The position numbers were made by a program, and so were the translations under genes. A stretch of 64,000 nucleotides of DNA from Minisyncoccota bacterium (GTDB lineage: Bacteria > Patescibacteriota > Minisyncoccia > Phycocordibacterales > CAJQIN01), in contig CAJQIN010000002.1 in the NCBI GenBank assembly GCA_905478465.1, positions 24,312 to 88,311 on the forward strand, read 5' to 3'. This document shows positions 16,703 to 25,860 of this stretch, piece by piece. Position 1 is the stretch's first letter. Every line of letters starts with the position of its first letter. Under the pieces are notes generated by a model that searched no databases, was not told the origin of the DNA, and was given only the letters and a program-made list of their open reading frames with translations.

Positions 16703-17998
16703 TTATTTTTTAGAAACATCTCCGTTTCTAAATACAGTTTCAATATTCACCATCTTCTCCATTCGTCTGATATCTGCCAATAATTTAGACCTATCTTCAT
16801 TAAACATAGTCACATTAAAAATACTCTTTCCGCCGTTAGCCGCTGATTCAGCTTTATCACCTACCTTTTTATTGATACTTACACCGTAAAAAGACTTTAG
16901 TGTTTGCATTTTTTTAATACCAGTCAAATTAGTAATGATACCCTGCTTCTTTGCAAAAAATTTAAACACAGCAGTATATCCGAGTACTTTTTTTGGAATA
17001 ATAGGTTTTCGTGGAATACGAATACGAATATCATTAGCGGCATGATTAATACCATAAGAAAGTTCGTACATACTGTGACGAAATCCTCCAATACGTGGAC
17101 CCACTTCAACAACTTTCCATCCCGTCTCTGTCCTCATCAATTCCACATGAGCAGTTGTACTTCGAAGCCCTAAAGCATGCACCGACTTTTCGGCTACTAC
17201 CTGTGCAGCTTCTACACTATCTTTATGAAGTTTGGTTGGTGTCATTTGCTGATACCCAAAAAAGTCATCGAATCCAACCTGAATACCAGTTTTGACACCA
17301 ACTAGCGGGCAAAAGTATACACGACCTAAAGAGTTTACATACACATCAATTGAATACAAATTTCCTTCAAGGAATTGTTCAACAAGAACCCTCGGTTCTT
17401 CACTTCTGTTATACGTTTGGTTTAGTGCCTTTATTTTTTTAAATACGGTTTTCAGTGCTTTTTCGAGTTCTTCATGATGATATGCAATAGTAACCAGCAA
17501 ACTTGACGCCAAACCAGTAGGTTTTACAACAAGAGGAAAACCAATCTTTTCTTCGATATTTTGAATAGTCGCCTTCTTTACGTCCCCCACCCTCATATAC
17601 CGCGGAGTAATACTCTTATCATAAATAGAAAACCGTCGACGCATTTCAAGCTTATCAATAGCCCAGTGGAGTGACTGTGCAACAGGAGTTTTTAGATATG
17701 GCACATGTGGAATAACTTTTTGGAATCCAGGAATCCACACTTCAGACCGACAAGTCATCACTAAAAGATTATTTTGGTATGGCAAAAGAGCCTTCATGAT
17801 CGTTTGCGGAGAATCAAAATTAACCACCATTGTTATATCAAACATATCAAAAATTTCTTGTTCAGCAGCATTTGCCGGCTCATTTTCCTGCATCAATGCA
17901 AACCTAAGTTTATCCTTGTACACATCCTGAAAATCTATAACGGTCTGTGCAACCGACTTTGAAACATGCCCAACAACCAAAACGATGTCTTTTTTCAT
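16703..17998 (-). CDS. ATP-grasp domain protein (carboxylate-amine ligase-like)
   Basis: 431 aa; 'PLVVKPTG', 'LVEQFLEGNLYSIDVYV', 'AHVELMRTETGWKVVEVGPRIGG' fit the ATP-grasp fold. Convergent with the RimK-like gene. Confidence 0.6.
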   Translation of the reverse strand: MKKDIVLVVGHVSKSVAQTVIDFQDVYKDKLRFALMQENEPANAAEQEIFDMFDITMVVNFDSPQTIMKALLPYQNNLLVMTCRSEVWIPGFQKVIPHVPYLKTPVAQSLHWAIDKLEMRRRFSIYDKSITPRYMRVGDVKKATIQNIEEKIGFPLVVKPTGLASSLLVTIAYHHEELEKALKTVFKKIKALNQTYNRSEEPRVLVEQFLEGNLYSIDVYVNSLGRVYFCPLVGVKTGIQVGFDDFFGYQQMTPTKLHKDSVEAAQVVAEKSVHALGLRSTTAHVELMRTETGWKVVEVGPRIGGFRHSMYELSYGINHAANDIRIRIPRKPIIPKKVLGYTAVFKFFAKKQGIITNLTGIKKMQTLKSFYGVSINKKVGDKAESAANGGKSIFNVTMFNEDRSKLLADIRRMEKMVNIETVFRNGDVSKK

Positions 17999-18272
17999 AT
18001 ATAAAATAAGTATAAAATAGTGCCAAAACCTGACACTTACACATGTTCACACACTATACAGAAGAGTCAAGGGGTTATACACATGTACAAAAATGAAATA
18101 CGGGAGCATACTATTATAGTATCTACTGTTCTTTTTCTTCCACAAGAAGGGTTTACACATGAAAAATCTCTCTCTAGAACAAGTAAAAATTCAACAACAG
18201 GGACGAGATCTCCTACGAAAATGTCGCAAAACCGGAAAACCACGTAAATAACCCACAGATAAAATACCTAGA

Positions 18273-18299
18273 AACACCAGGACCTCCACTGGTGTTTTT
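18273..18299 (+). promoter_or_regulatory. hairpin plus U-run in the infC leader (candidate L20-dependent attenuator)
   Basis: 8-bp stem AACACCAG/CTGGTGTT then TTTTT, ~60 nt upstream of infC. Confidence 0.35.
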
Positions 18300-18358
18300 C
18301 TTGTAAGATAAAGAAAAAAATGGTACTATACCTGACACTTAACCCTTAAAAAAATAAT

Positions 18359-18898
18359 TTGAGTAAAGAATACATACGCATAAATAGCCAAATCAAAGCA
18401 GAGCAATTACGTGTTATTGGCGCAGAAGGAGAAAACATTGGTGTCATCTCACGAGAGGAAGCACTTCGTCAGGCACAAGAGGTAGATCTAGACCTTATTG
18501 AAATATCTCCAAAAGCCAATCCTCCAGTTGCAAAAATCATGGATTATGGTAAGTTTCTTTACGACCAGAAGAAGAAGCAGAAAATTGCAAAAGCCAAGTC
18601 ACACACCGTTGAAGTTAAGAATGTGCAGGTAAAATTAGCCACAGGAGAGCACGATTTAGGTCTCAAAGCTAAAAAAGCAAGTAAATGGCTAACACAAGGA
18701 CATCGGGTTAAATTAGAACTTTATCTTCGAGGACGAGAAAAATATATGGATGCTAATTTTCTCAAAGAGAGATTAAAACGTATTCAAAACCTCATAACAG
18801 AAGAATACAAAGTCGCCGACCCTATCAAAAAAATCCCCAAAGGATATATGCTCATTATTGAAAGAGCAAGCAAACAAGAATCAAATGAAAACAAATAA
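18359..18898 (+). CDS. infC: translation initiation factor IF-3 (TTG start)
   Basis: Standard IF-3 length and sequence; position at the head of the infC-rpmI-rplT operon. Confidence 0.88.
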   Translation: MSKEYIRINSQIKAEQLRVIGAEGENIGVISREEALRQAQEVDLDLIEISPKANPPVAKIMDYGKFLYDQKKKQKIAKAKSHTVEVKNVQVKLATGEHDLGLKAKKASKWLTQGHRVKLELYLRGREKYMDANFLKERLKRIQNLITEEYKVADPIKKIPKGYMLIIERASKQESNENK

Positions 18899-19076
18899 AT
18901 CTTATACAAAACGAATAAAGATAACCAAGAATGGTAAGATCATTTGTAAAAAAGCTGGTGGAAACCACTTTAATGCAAAAGAAAGTCGAAGTAAGCAAAC
19001 AAGACGAAGTGGTCTTCATACCCTTATGCTTGATATGTCTAATAAGGCAAAGAGTCGTTTTCTTACAAAAAAATAA
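18885..19076 (+). CDS. rpmI: ribosomal protein L35
   Basis: MKTNKSYTKRIKITKNGKI... is an L35 signature; the ORF-track N-terminus at 18858 is an extension. Confidence 0.8.
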   Translation: MKTNKSYTKRIKITKNGKIICKKAGGNHFNAKESRSKQTRRSGLHTLMLDMSNKAKSRFLTKK

Positions 19077-19102
19077 TTATTAATTTTTTCTAAAATACTA
19101 CT

Positions 19103-19447
19103 ATGGTACGCGTAAAGAAAGGTGTAAATGCAAATAAGACTCGAAAGAATATCCTCAGCAGAGTAAAGGGATATAATTTTGGTCGCTCAACAAAAGAACG
19201 TCAGGCATATGAAGCTATTGTTCATGCTGATTCATACCGATTTGCACACCGACGCACAAAGAAAAGAGATATGCGAGCATTATGGAATACAAAGATCAGT
19301 GCTGCTCTCATGGAAACATCTCTTTCATACTCGAAATTCATTGGTGCTCTAAAAAAAGCCAATATCTCTATTAACCGAAAGGTTCTAGCAGAAGTTGCAG
19401 AACATCGACCTGAGAATTTCAAGAAAATTGTAGAGAAAGTTTCTTAA
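19103..19447 (+). CDS. rplT: ribosomal protein L20
   Basis: MVRVKKGVNANKTRKNILSRVKGYNFGRS; terminator at 19467..19496. Confidence 0.9.
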   Translation: MVRVKKGVNANKTRKNILSRVKGYNFGRSTKERQAYEAIVHADSYRFAHRRTKKRDMRALWNTKISAALMETSLSYSKFIGALKKANISINRKVLAEVAEHRPENFKKIVEKVS

Positions 19448-19466
19448 AATAATCTAAATATAGAAA

Positions 19467-19496
19467 ATACCCAACAAAATTGTTGGGTATTTTTTT
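19467..19496 (+). terminator. rho-independent terminator of rplT
   Basis: ATACCCAACA-AAAT-TGTTGGGTAT followed by TTTTTTT. Confidence 0.7.
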
Positions 19497-19545
19497 GCAA
19501 AAGAAAACCCATTCAAATAAATGAACGGGCTGCGTCTCTCTTTTC

Positions 19546-19761
19546 TCATCTTGTGGCAGCATCTAAAGCTTTTTTCAAAGCCATTGATTGCTGCGGTTTC
19601 TTCTGTCTTGGCTTTTTTGGTTTACTTTGCTTTTGTTTTTTATTTATTACCTCAAGGGCAATAATCTGTCTTTGGTATTTAATTTTACATGAATACCAAC
19701 CGACAAAAAAAGCAGTAACCGTACTAAAAAGTGAAACAGACAAGATAATGATGAGAAGCAT
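19546..19761 (-). CDS. small membrane protein with basic tail
   Basis: 71 aa; GGAGAA 4 nt before the ATG; one TM then a KPKKPRQKKPQQ tail. Confidence 0.3.
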   Translation of the reverse strand: MLLIIILSVSLFSTVTAFFVGWYSCKIKYQRQIIALEVINKKQKQSKPKKPRQKKPQQSMALKKALDAATR

Positions 19762-19850
19762 GAGATTCTCCTAAAAAAAATGAAGGAACTAAATTAAACT
19801 CTCTATTTAATAGTATACACCTTTTTACATCTTTGTCAAGTATCTCCCTA

Positions 19851-20300
19851 TTACTCCTGAGGCATTCTCAACCTAGAAACAAAGTGTAATGATAACCACC
19901 ATCCAATAACAATTGACCCTAAGAGATCCATCGTTAAATCACTCAACGTATCAATCCAAAAATCACGAAATATAAAACTCAATCCAGTAAAATATTCAAA
20001 TATTTCCCACAGAATACCAATAATTAATACCGAACTTATAGTAATAATAAATATCTGAGCCTTTGAAAAGGAAGGATGCCTTATGAAAGATAGAACTAGC
20101 CAAAACCCCAAGAGTGCTACCCACGCTCCACCCAAAAAATGCATAACCATATCAAACCATAATAATTCCCAATATAAATAAAAAGTTATCGCACTTTGGT
20201 GCAAAGCTGCGATAATAAGCCCCAATATACCAACATATAAAGCAACAGTAAATCTTGTAATGGGCTTTTTATAAATCATAATCGTCTTATTATAACGCAT
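19851..20300 (-). CDS. integral membrane protein (4 TM)
   Basis: 149 aa, hydrophobic; long (~300 nt) upstream noncoding region. Confidence 0.5.
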   Translation of the reverse strand: MRYNKTIMIYKKPITRFTVALYVGILGLIIAALHQSAITFYLYWELLWFDMVMHFLGGAWVALLGFWLVLSFIRHPSFSKAQIFIITISSVLIIGILWEIFEYFTGLSFIFRDFWIDTLSDLTMDLLGSIVIGWWLSLHFVSRLRMPQE

Positions 20301-20599
20301 CCTGCTTATAAAATAAAAATAACCACCAAATAATGGTGATTAGTTTTATAGGCCACTCGAAACATCTTACCTAGGAAACCCTAGGTGGGTGCCTGCAATC
20401 TGTTACCACGGCAACAAACAATATGAGACTCCCTGATGTATATTTAATCTAGATAATATCTCGAGCAACCTGAGTATATTATACTCCTCTCTTTATTTTT
20501 TGCACAATAAAAAACAATGGCACAGAAAATATTTGCATTTATGTCAAACTTTTAGAATAATAAATCAATATTAAAGCCCTGCCACAAGATATATCACAA

Positions 20600-21205
20600 T
20601 TACTCTAATATTCCATCCAAATTAACATCATAAAGAATCTGTTCCCCTATCAAACGATAATCAACAAGTTCATTCTGATCAAACCAATGCATAATTTCTT
20701 TTTCGGCTTCTTCTGGAGAACCTGAAGCATGTACAAGATTTCGTATAGCTCGGCTATCAGCATCTGCCATCATATATGAATCTAATACATAATCTCCACG
20801 TATAGTACCAACATCTGTTGAACGAGGCTCTGTACCGCCAGTTAATTTCCTTACAATCTCTACAACATGAGCTCCTTGCCAAACCATACACACCACAGGA
20901 CCACTGGTCATGTATTTTTTTAGATTATCTAAAATAACAGCCGTAATCTCATAAGGATCTTCTGTTTTTAGAACTTCTCCTTTTGCTTTTGCTGCCTTTA
21001 CCCTTTTTTCTCCTGTAATCCTTCGCCATTCAGGATCAAGAGTGTAATGCTGCTCTACATGCTCGGCACTTGGCACCACCAACTTCATCCCCACTAATTT
21101 TAATCCAATACGTTCATACCGTTGAATAATTTCACCCATGAGTGAGCGTTGAAGAGCATCTGGTTTCAAAATAATAAGAGTTCGTTCTTTTGATTGATGT
21201 GACAT
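20600..21205 (-). CDS. ndk: nucleoside diphosphate kinase
   Basis: 'ERTLIILKPDALQR' and the downstream region match Ndk; contains an insertion relative to short bacterial Ndks. Confidence 0.8.
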   Translation of the reverse strand: MSHQSKERTLIILKPDALQRSLMGEIIQRYERIGLKLVGMKLVVPSAEHVEQHYTLDPEWRRITGEKRVKAAKAKGEVLKTEDPYEITAVILDNLKKYMTSGPVVCMVWQGAHVVEIVRKLTGGTEPRSTDVGTIRGDYVLDSYMMADADSRAIRNLVHASGSPEEAEKEIMHWFDQNELVDYRLIGEQILYDVNLDGILE

Positions 21206-21214
21206 ATATAATAA

Positions 21215-21985
21215 TTATGCTGTTAATATTTCATATCCTTTTTTTGTAATAAGAACAGTATGTTCAAAATGTGCACTTCTTTTTCCATCTTGTGTTCGCA
21301 CGGTATATTCGTCAGGATCAAATCGTACCTGCCCTGACCCCTCACAAAGCATTGGTTCAATAGCAATAACCATTCCTGGAACAAGCTGTGGACCTTGTCC
21401 TTTCTTTCCCTCATTAGGAACATACGGCTCTTCGTGCACCGTATAACCCACACCGTGCCCAGCAAGCTCCTCTGCCCCCGAAAAGGGTGTTGTGTCGGTA
21501 TATGCTTCAATGGCAGCACTGATGTCTCCTACGTGCCCATATGGCTTAATTGCGTCAATTCCTGCGTATAAGGCACGTTCTGTGTCTTTAATGAGCTGTT
21601 CTACAATAGCATCCACTTTTCCCACAGGAACGGTTATAGCCGCATCTGTAATCATACCCTCATGTGTCAAACCTAGATCAATGGTAACAATATCTCCCTC
21701 TTGAAGAACGATCGGTTTCTCATTCGGTATACCATGCACAATAACTTCATTCACCGACACGCATAAACTAGCAGGATATGCGCGCCTAACATGCTCTGGT
21801 CTGTACCCAAGAAAAGAAGCCTTGTCACCATACTCAATAAGATACTCTCGTGCTTTTTGCTCAAGAGTTTCAGTAGAAATTCCCGGCGAGACATCTAGTG
21901 CAAGTTTCTGAAGAATTTCAGCATGATGCTTTCCTCCCACTTTCAACTTCTCAATATCTTCTGGTTTTTTTATTGAAATATTCAT
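21215..21985 (-). CDS. map: methionine aminopeptidase type I
   Basis: 'HGIPNEKPIVLQEGDIVTIDLG' and 'HGVGYTVHEEP' are metal-ligand motifs of MAP. Confidence 0.9.
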   Translation of the reverse strand: MNISIKKPEDIEKLKVGGKHHAEILQKLALDVSPGISTETLEQKAREYLIEYGDKASFLGYRPEHVRRAYPASLCVSVNEVIVHGIPNEKPIVLQEGDIVTIDLGLTHEGMITDAAITVPVGKVDAIVEQLIKDTERALYAGIDAIKPYGHVGDISAAIEAYTDTTPFSGAEELAGHGVGYTVHEEPYVPNEGKKGQGPQLVPGMVIAIEPMLCEGSGQVRFDPDEYTVRTQDGKRSAHFEHTVLITKKGYEILTA

Positions 21986-21990
21986 AATAA

Positions 21991-22587
21991 TTATAAAGAG
22001 TTTACAATCTTTTCATGCACTTGTTCAATAGGTTCTGAGCCATCTACTTCGATAAGAGTTCGGACTAAATGAGATCGATAATAGTCGAGCGCTGGCTCAA
22101 CATCTTGATCAAACCAATCCAACCTTTTCCTTATACCATCCACACTATCATCTCCTCTCTTTCTTTCAGTTAAACGTCTTTCAGCCTCTTCACGGGTAAT
22201 ATGAGGATGAATGATATACACACTATCTCTCATAAAAAAATCTAATGCAGTATCAAGTATTTTTGCTTCAGGAAGAGAGCGCGGTGTACCGTCAATAATA
22301 AGATGCTCATTTCCGGTTAATTCATCGATGAGGATATGCGACCACATCCATGTAGCTAAAAAATCTGGCTGTCTGTCATTTTTTTTATGAACAGCAAATG
22401 AAAGTCTCTCAGCATATGAATCTCCTTTGATAAACTTACGAAAACGCTGACCTGTTTCAAGATAAATAACTGGCGTTTCAGGATCATGAGTATGCAAATA
22501 TTGTTTCAATAGCTCAGCCTGTGTACCTTTTCCACAACCAGAACGACCAGTTAGAACAAATGTTTGTTTTTTTGAGAAATCTATCAT
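21991..22587 (-). CDS. adk: adenylate kinase-like nucleoside monophosphate kinase
   Basis: P-loop 'GRSGCGKGTQ', 'IIDGTPRS' (DGFPRT-like); short, lid-less form. Confidence 0.7.
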   Translation of the reverse strand: MIDFSKKQTFVLTGRSGCGKGTQAELLKQYLHTHDPETPVIYLETGQRFRKFIKGDSYAERLSFAVHKKNDRQPDFLATWMWSHILIDELTGNEHLIIDGTPRSLPEAKILDTALDFFMRDSVYIIHPHITREEAERRLTERKRGDDSVDGIRKRLDWFDQDVEPALDYYRSHLVRTLIEVDGSEPIEQVHEKIVNSL

Positions 22588-22727
22588 GGAGATATTGTAG
22601 CATAATGAATAAGCCTAAGACTTAATAACAACATACATGACTTGACAAATGTCTATATTAGGTGTATACTATATGTAGTAATTTGTTCTTCACAAAAAAT
22701 CAAAAATCTTAGAAAGAGAGCCTTAAA

Positions 22728-23231
22728 ATGTTACTATTTTGCACTTTGTTTGTGTTAACCCTAATGATTATTATTGTCGGGGTATACACAGGGTCAGGTG
22801 ATAGGAACAGTTTATTTTCGTTAATGTCATTAAGATTTCTTATCAGTATGATAGTTGGCGTGCTACTACTGACAACAGCACAGATAATGTACTTCGAAAT
22901 AACAGATCAATCAACGTGGTTGATCCCTATTTTATGGGTAGTCAGTTACCTACAAGGAATGAAGGTACGCCGTGACACTGAAGAAGCTGCGTACCAGGCT
23001 TGGTTAGCAGAAGAAGGTGAAGATTTTTTTATTAAAGTATTTGCCCCCCGAGCAACACAACACCCAAACATATTTATATGTGCGGGTGTTTTTCATACCT
23101 CACACAATAATACCCAACAGAGCGAAGCTCTGTTGGGTATTATTTATATAAATCCATGTTTTGAATCTACCCTAGTATTCCCGTGCCGTTGCCTGCGCTT
23201 CCACCTGCTTCACAAGATCAAGAATAACTGA
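22728..23231 (+). CDS. hypothetical membrane protein (opposite strand, overlaps secY 3' end)
   Basis: Promoter TTGACA-N17-TATACT at 22637..22665; two N-terminal TM segments. The ORF reads through the secY terminator hairpin before its stop. Confidence 0.4.
   Translation: MLLFCTLFVLTLMIIIVGVYTGSGDRNSLFSLMSLRFLISMIVGVLLLTTAQIMYFEITDQSTWLIPILWVVSYLQGMKVRRDTEEAAYQAWLAEEGEDFFIKVFAPRATQHPNIFICAGVFHTSHNNTQQSEALLGIIYINPCFESTLVFPCRCLRFHLLHKIKNN
23108..23140. terminator. 15-bp perfect hairpin downstream of secY
   Basis: AATACCCAACAGAGC-GAA-GCTCTGTTGGGTATT with AT-rich flanks. Confidence 0.6.
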
Positions 23232-24449
23232 AACAACAATGAGAAGTGCTGTACCTCCAATTGCAAGTGAACTGATTCCAGTCAGACCTTGCATGATAAT
23301 CGGCAAGACTGCAATGAAACCAAGGAAAACAGCTCCAACAAACGTTACCCGCACAAGCACTTTTCCAAGATACTCTGCTGTAGATGGTCCTGGTCGTACC
23401 CCTGGAACAAAAGCTCCACCTCTCTGAAGATTTGTCGCAATTTGCTCTGGATCAAAGGTCACAGCTGTGTAGAAATATGTAAAAACAAACACCAAGAAGA
23501 AATAAGAAATACCATATACCCACAAATTCTCAAGAAGATTGGTACTTATAAACTCTAGAATACTTTGGAATTTTCCTCCAAACCCAACGTTTGCAAGAAC
23601 GTTAACGATAAGTTGAGGAAACAACAGAAATGAAAGAGCAAAAATAATTGGAATTACCCCAGCTTGATTCACTCTAAGTGGAAGATAGGTACTCATACCA
23701 CCATACACCTTTTGTCCTCTAACACGCTTTGCATAAGTTACAGGAATTGGTCGTTCTGCTTCAGAAATATAAACAACTCCCAAGATAATAACAAAAGCAA
23801 CAAAGAAGAAGGCTACGTATGTAGGAATCTGAGCAACATCAAATGTAAAAACAAGTTGTGAAAGAGCTCCTGGAAGAGCCGAAACAATTCCAGCAAAGAT
23901 AATCAAAGAAACACCGTTTCCAATACCAAACTCTGTCACTAATTCACCAATCCACATGATAAGCATTGAACCTGCGGTAATTACCAGAATATTGGTAATC
24001 ATTTCAACAGAAGTAAGATCTCCTACGATACCCTGTCTAGAAAGAAGGGCCAAGAAACTAAATCCTTGAACAAGAGCAAGAGGCACTGTCATAAAACGTG
24101 CATATTGCATAAACTTTCGACGCCCTATTTCTCCCTGTTCTTGGTACATTTCTTTTACCTTAGGAAATACAATAGTCATCAATTGCATAATAATAGAAGC
24201 TGTAATGTATGGACCTACACCAAGCATCACAATAGAGAGGCTTGAAAAACCTCCTCCAGAGAAAATATTGAGTAATCCAAAGAAGTTATTATTACCTAAA
24301 AACTCTTGTAATTGAACATGATCGACTCCAGGAATAGGGACAGCAGCTAGTAGTCTAAAAACAGCAAGCGCTACAAGTACAAACAACACTCGTCTTCGCA
24401 GAACCCTGTCTCGAAAAACTATTGCCAATTTTTGTATTAGTGTCTGCAT
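23172..24449 (-). CDS. secY: preprotein translocase subunit SecY
   Basis: 425 aa, 10 TM, SecY signature regions. Confidence 0.92.
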   Translation of the reverse strand: MQTLIQKLAIVFRDRVLRRRVLFVLVALAVFRLLAAVPIPGVDHVQLQEFLGNNNFFGLLNIFSGGGFSSLSIVMLGVGPYITASIIMQLMTIVFPKVKEMYQEQGEIGRRKFMQYARFMTVPLALVQGFSFLALLSRQGIVGDLTSVEMITNILVITAGSMLIMWIGELVTEFGIGNGVSLIIFAGIVSALPGALSQLVFTFDVAQIPTYVAFFFVAFVIILGVVYISEAERPIPVTYAKRVRGQKVYGGMSTYLPLRVNQAGVIPIIFALSFLLFPQLIVNVLANVGFGGKFQSILEFISTNLLENLWVYGISYFFLVFVFTYFYTAVTFDPEQIATNLQRGGAFVPGVRPGPSTAEYLGKVLVRVTFVGAVFLGFIAVLPIIMQGLTGISSLAIGGTALLIVVSVILDLVKQVEAQATAREY

Positions 24450-24455
24450 AAGATG

Positions 24456-24896
24456 TTATTTTACTGTACCACCAGCTTTTTCAATTTTTGCTTTTGCCGT
24501 AGCTGAAACTGCGCACTTTGATACTCTAATCTTCTTAGTAATTTCTCCAGTTCCAAGAATCTTAACCTTTGGATACAGACCTCCTTGTTTCTTGATAAGT
24601 CCTAATGCCAATAGAGATGTTGGTGTTACATGCATTCCTTCTGTACACACAGTCTCAAGCAGAGATAGATTGATTCCTCTAGATTTTGCAGTTACAGGAG
24701 TGTTACTGTTTACCCCTCGTCCTCTAAGCTTTGGAATACGCTTGATTTCATCTCTCATTTGTGGACGAATACCATGTCCTCCATGTTGTCGCTGTCCTTT
24801 ATGACCTCGTCCAGATGTCTTTCCCCGAGTACCTCCTCGTCCTACTCGTTTCTTTTTAACTGATTTTGTTCGTGGTGTAAGTGTATTAATTTGCAT
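24456..24896 (-). CDS. rplO: ribosomal protein L15
   Basis: Glycine/arginine-rich N-terminus 'GRGGTRGKTSGRGHKGQ'. Confidence 0.85.
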   Translation of the reverse strand: MQINTLTPRTKSVKKKRVGRGGTRGKTSGRGHKGQRQHGGHGIRPQMRDEIKRIPKLRGRGVNSNTPVTAKSRGINLSLLETVCTEGMHVTPTSLLALGLIKKQGGLYPKVKILGTGEITKKIRVSKCAVSATAKAKIEKAGGTVK

Positions 24897-24900
24897 AAGC

Positions 24901-25482
24901 CTATATTTTCTTTATGGTTCCCTCAATAGCAGACAATGCTTTTATTGTTGCTCGAGCGTTATTAACCTTATTCTTACTTCTTGAGATAAATTTTGCACCA
25001 ACCTCTCTTACCCCAGCAAGTTCAAGCACAGTACGTGCAGCACTTCCTGCAATAATTCCCTTTCCAGGTGCAGTCATTAGCTTTACTTCAGAACTTGAAA
25101 ACTTTGCTTGCATATCATGTGCAATAGAACCTTTCTTTGTTAGCTTTATAGTAATCATGTTCTTCTTGGCATGTCGTACAGCTTTTTCAATAGCAAGTGC
25201 TGTATCTGTGGCCTTTCCAATTCCAACCCCAACAGAACCTTTCTTGTCTCCAGCAACTAATCCAACACTAAATGAGAATCGTCTTCCTCCTCGAACAACA
25301 CGAGTTACACGACGAATACTCACAATCTTTTGATCAAATTCTGGCTTTGGTCGTTCTCGACGTCCTCGTGGTCCATCTCGACGTGTACGAAAATTACGCT
25401 TTCGCTCAGGTTGAGCTGCTGCAGGCTTTGCTGCATCTTTATTCACATTATCTACTTTTTTTGTTTCTGTTGTTGTTTCCAT
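24901..25482 (-). CDS. rpsE: ribosomal protein S5
   Basis: 'RRVTRVVRGGRRFSFSVGLVAGDKKGSVGVGIGKA'. Confidence 0.9.
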   Translation of the reverse strand: METTTETKKVDNVNKDAAKPAAAQPERKRNFRTRRDGPRGRRERPKPEFDQKIVSIRRVTRVVRGGRRFSFSVGLVAGDKKGSVGVGIGKATDTALAIEKAVRHAKKNMITIKLTKKGSIAHDMQAKFSSSEVKLMTAPGKGIIAGSAARTVLELAGVREVGAKFISRSKNKVNNARATIKALSAIEGTIKKI

Positions 25483-25492
25483 AATTGTCTAA

Positions 25493-25843
25493 TTAAAATT
25501 CAAGACCGCCATCTCGTGCACCATCTGCAAGAGCTTGTACTTGTCCAGTATAAATATATCCTCCTCTATCAAAAACGATCTTTGAAATCTTTTTCTCTTT
25601 TGCCAATTTTGCAATTTCAACACCAATTTCTTTTGCTTTCTCAAGAGGTGTTCCTTTTGTAAGCTTTTGTGTAGTTGCAGCAACAAGAGTATTTCCAATA
25701 GTATCATTGATAAGTTGTGCAGAAATAAACCGATTTGATCGGAATACGGCAAGACGAGGAATTTCCCCTGTTCCGTATATTTTTGTACGGATACGTTTTT
25801 GTCGTCGTTGCTTTTGTGTTTTTTTTGTATTTTGTAAATTCAT
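25493..25843 (-). CDS. rplR: ribosomal protein L18
   Basis: '[29 protein letters not shown]'. Confidence 0.85.
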   Translation of the reverse strand: MNLQNTKKTQKQRRQKRIRTKIYGTGEIPRLAVFRSNRFISAQLINDTIGNTLVAATTQKLTKGTPLEKAKEIGVEIAKLAKEKKISKIVFDRGGYIYTGQVQALADGARDGGLEF

Positions 25844-25860
25844 ATTCCTTTTTGATTAAA

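Noticed and set aside
18020-18247. 75-aa ORF in the infC leader
   Set aside because: No RBS, odd composition, and it lies in a region better explained as a regulatory leader.
18029-18341. 12-bp direct repeat ACCTGACACTTA at 18029 and 18331 bracketing the infC/ATP-grasp intergenic region
   Set aside because: Single 12-mer matches are expected by chance many times in a 64-kb AT-rich window; no flanking similarity.
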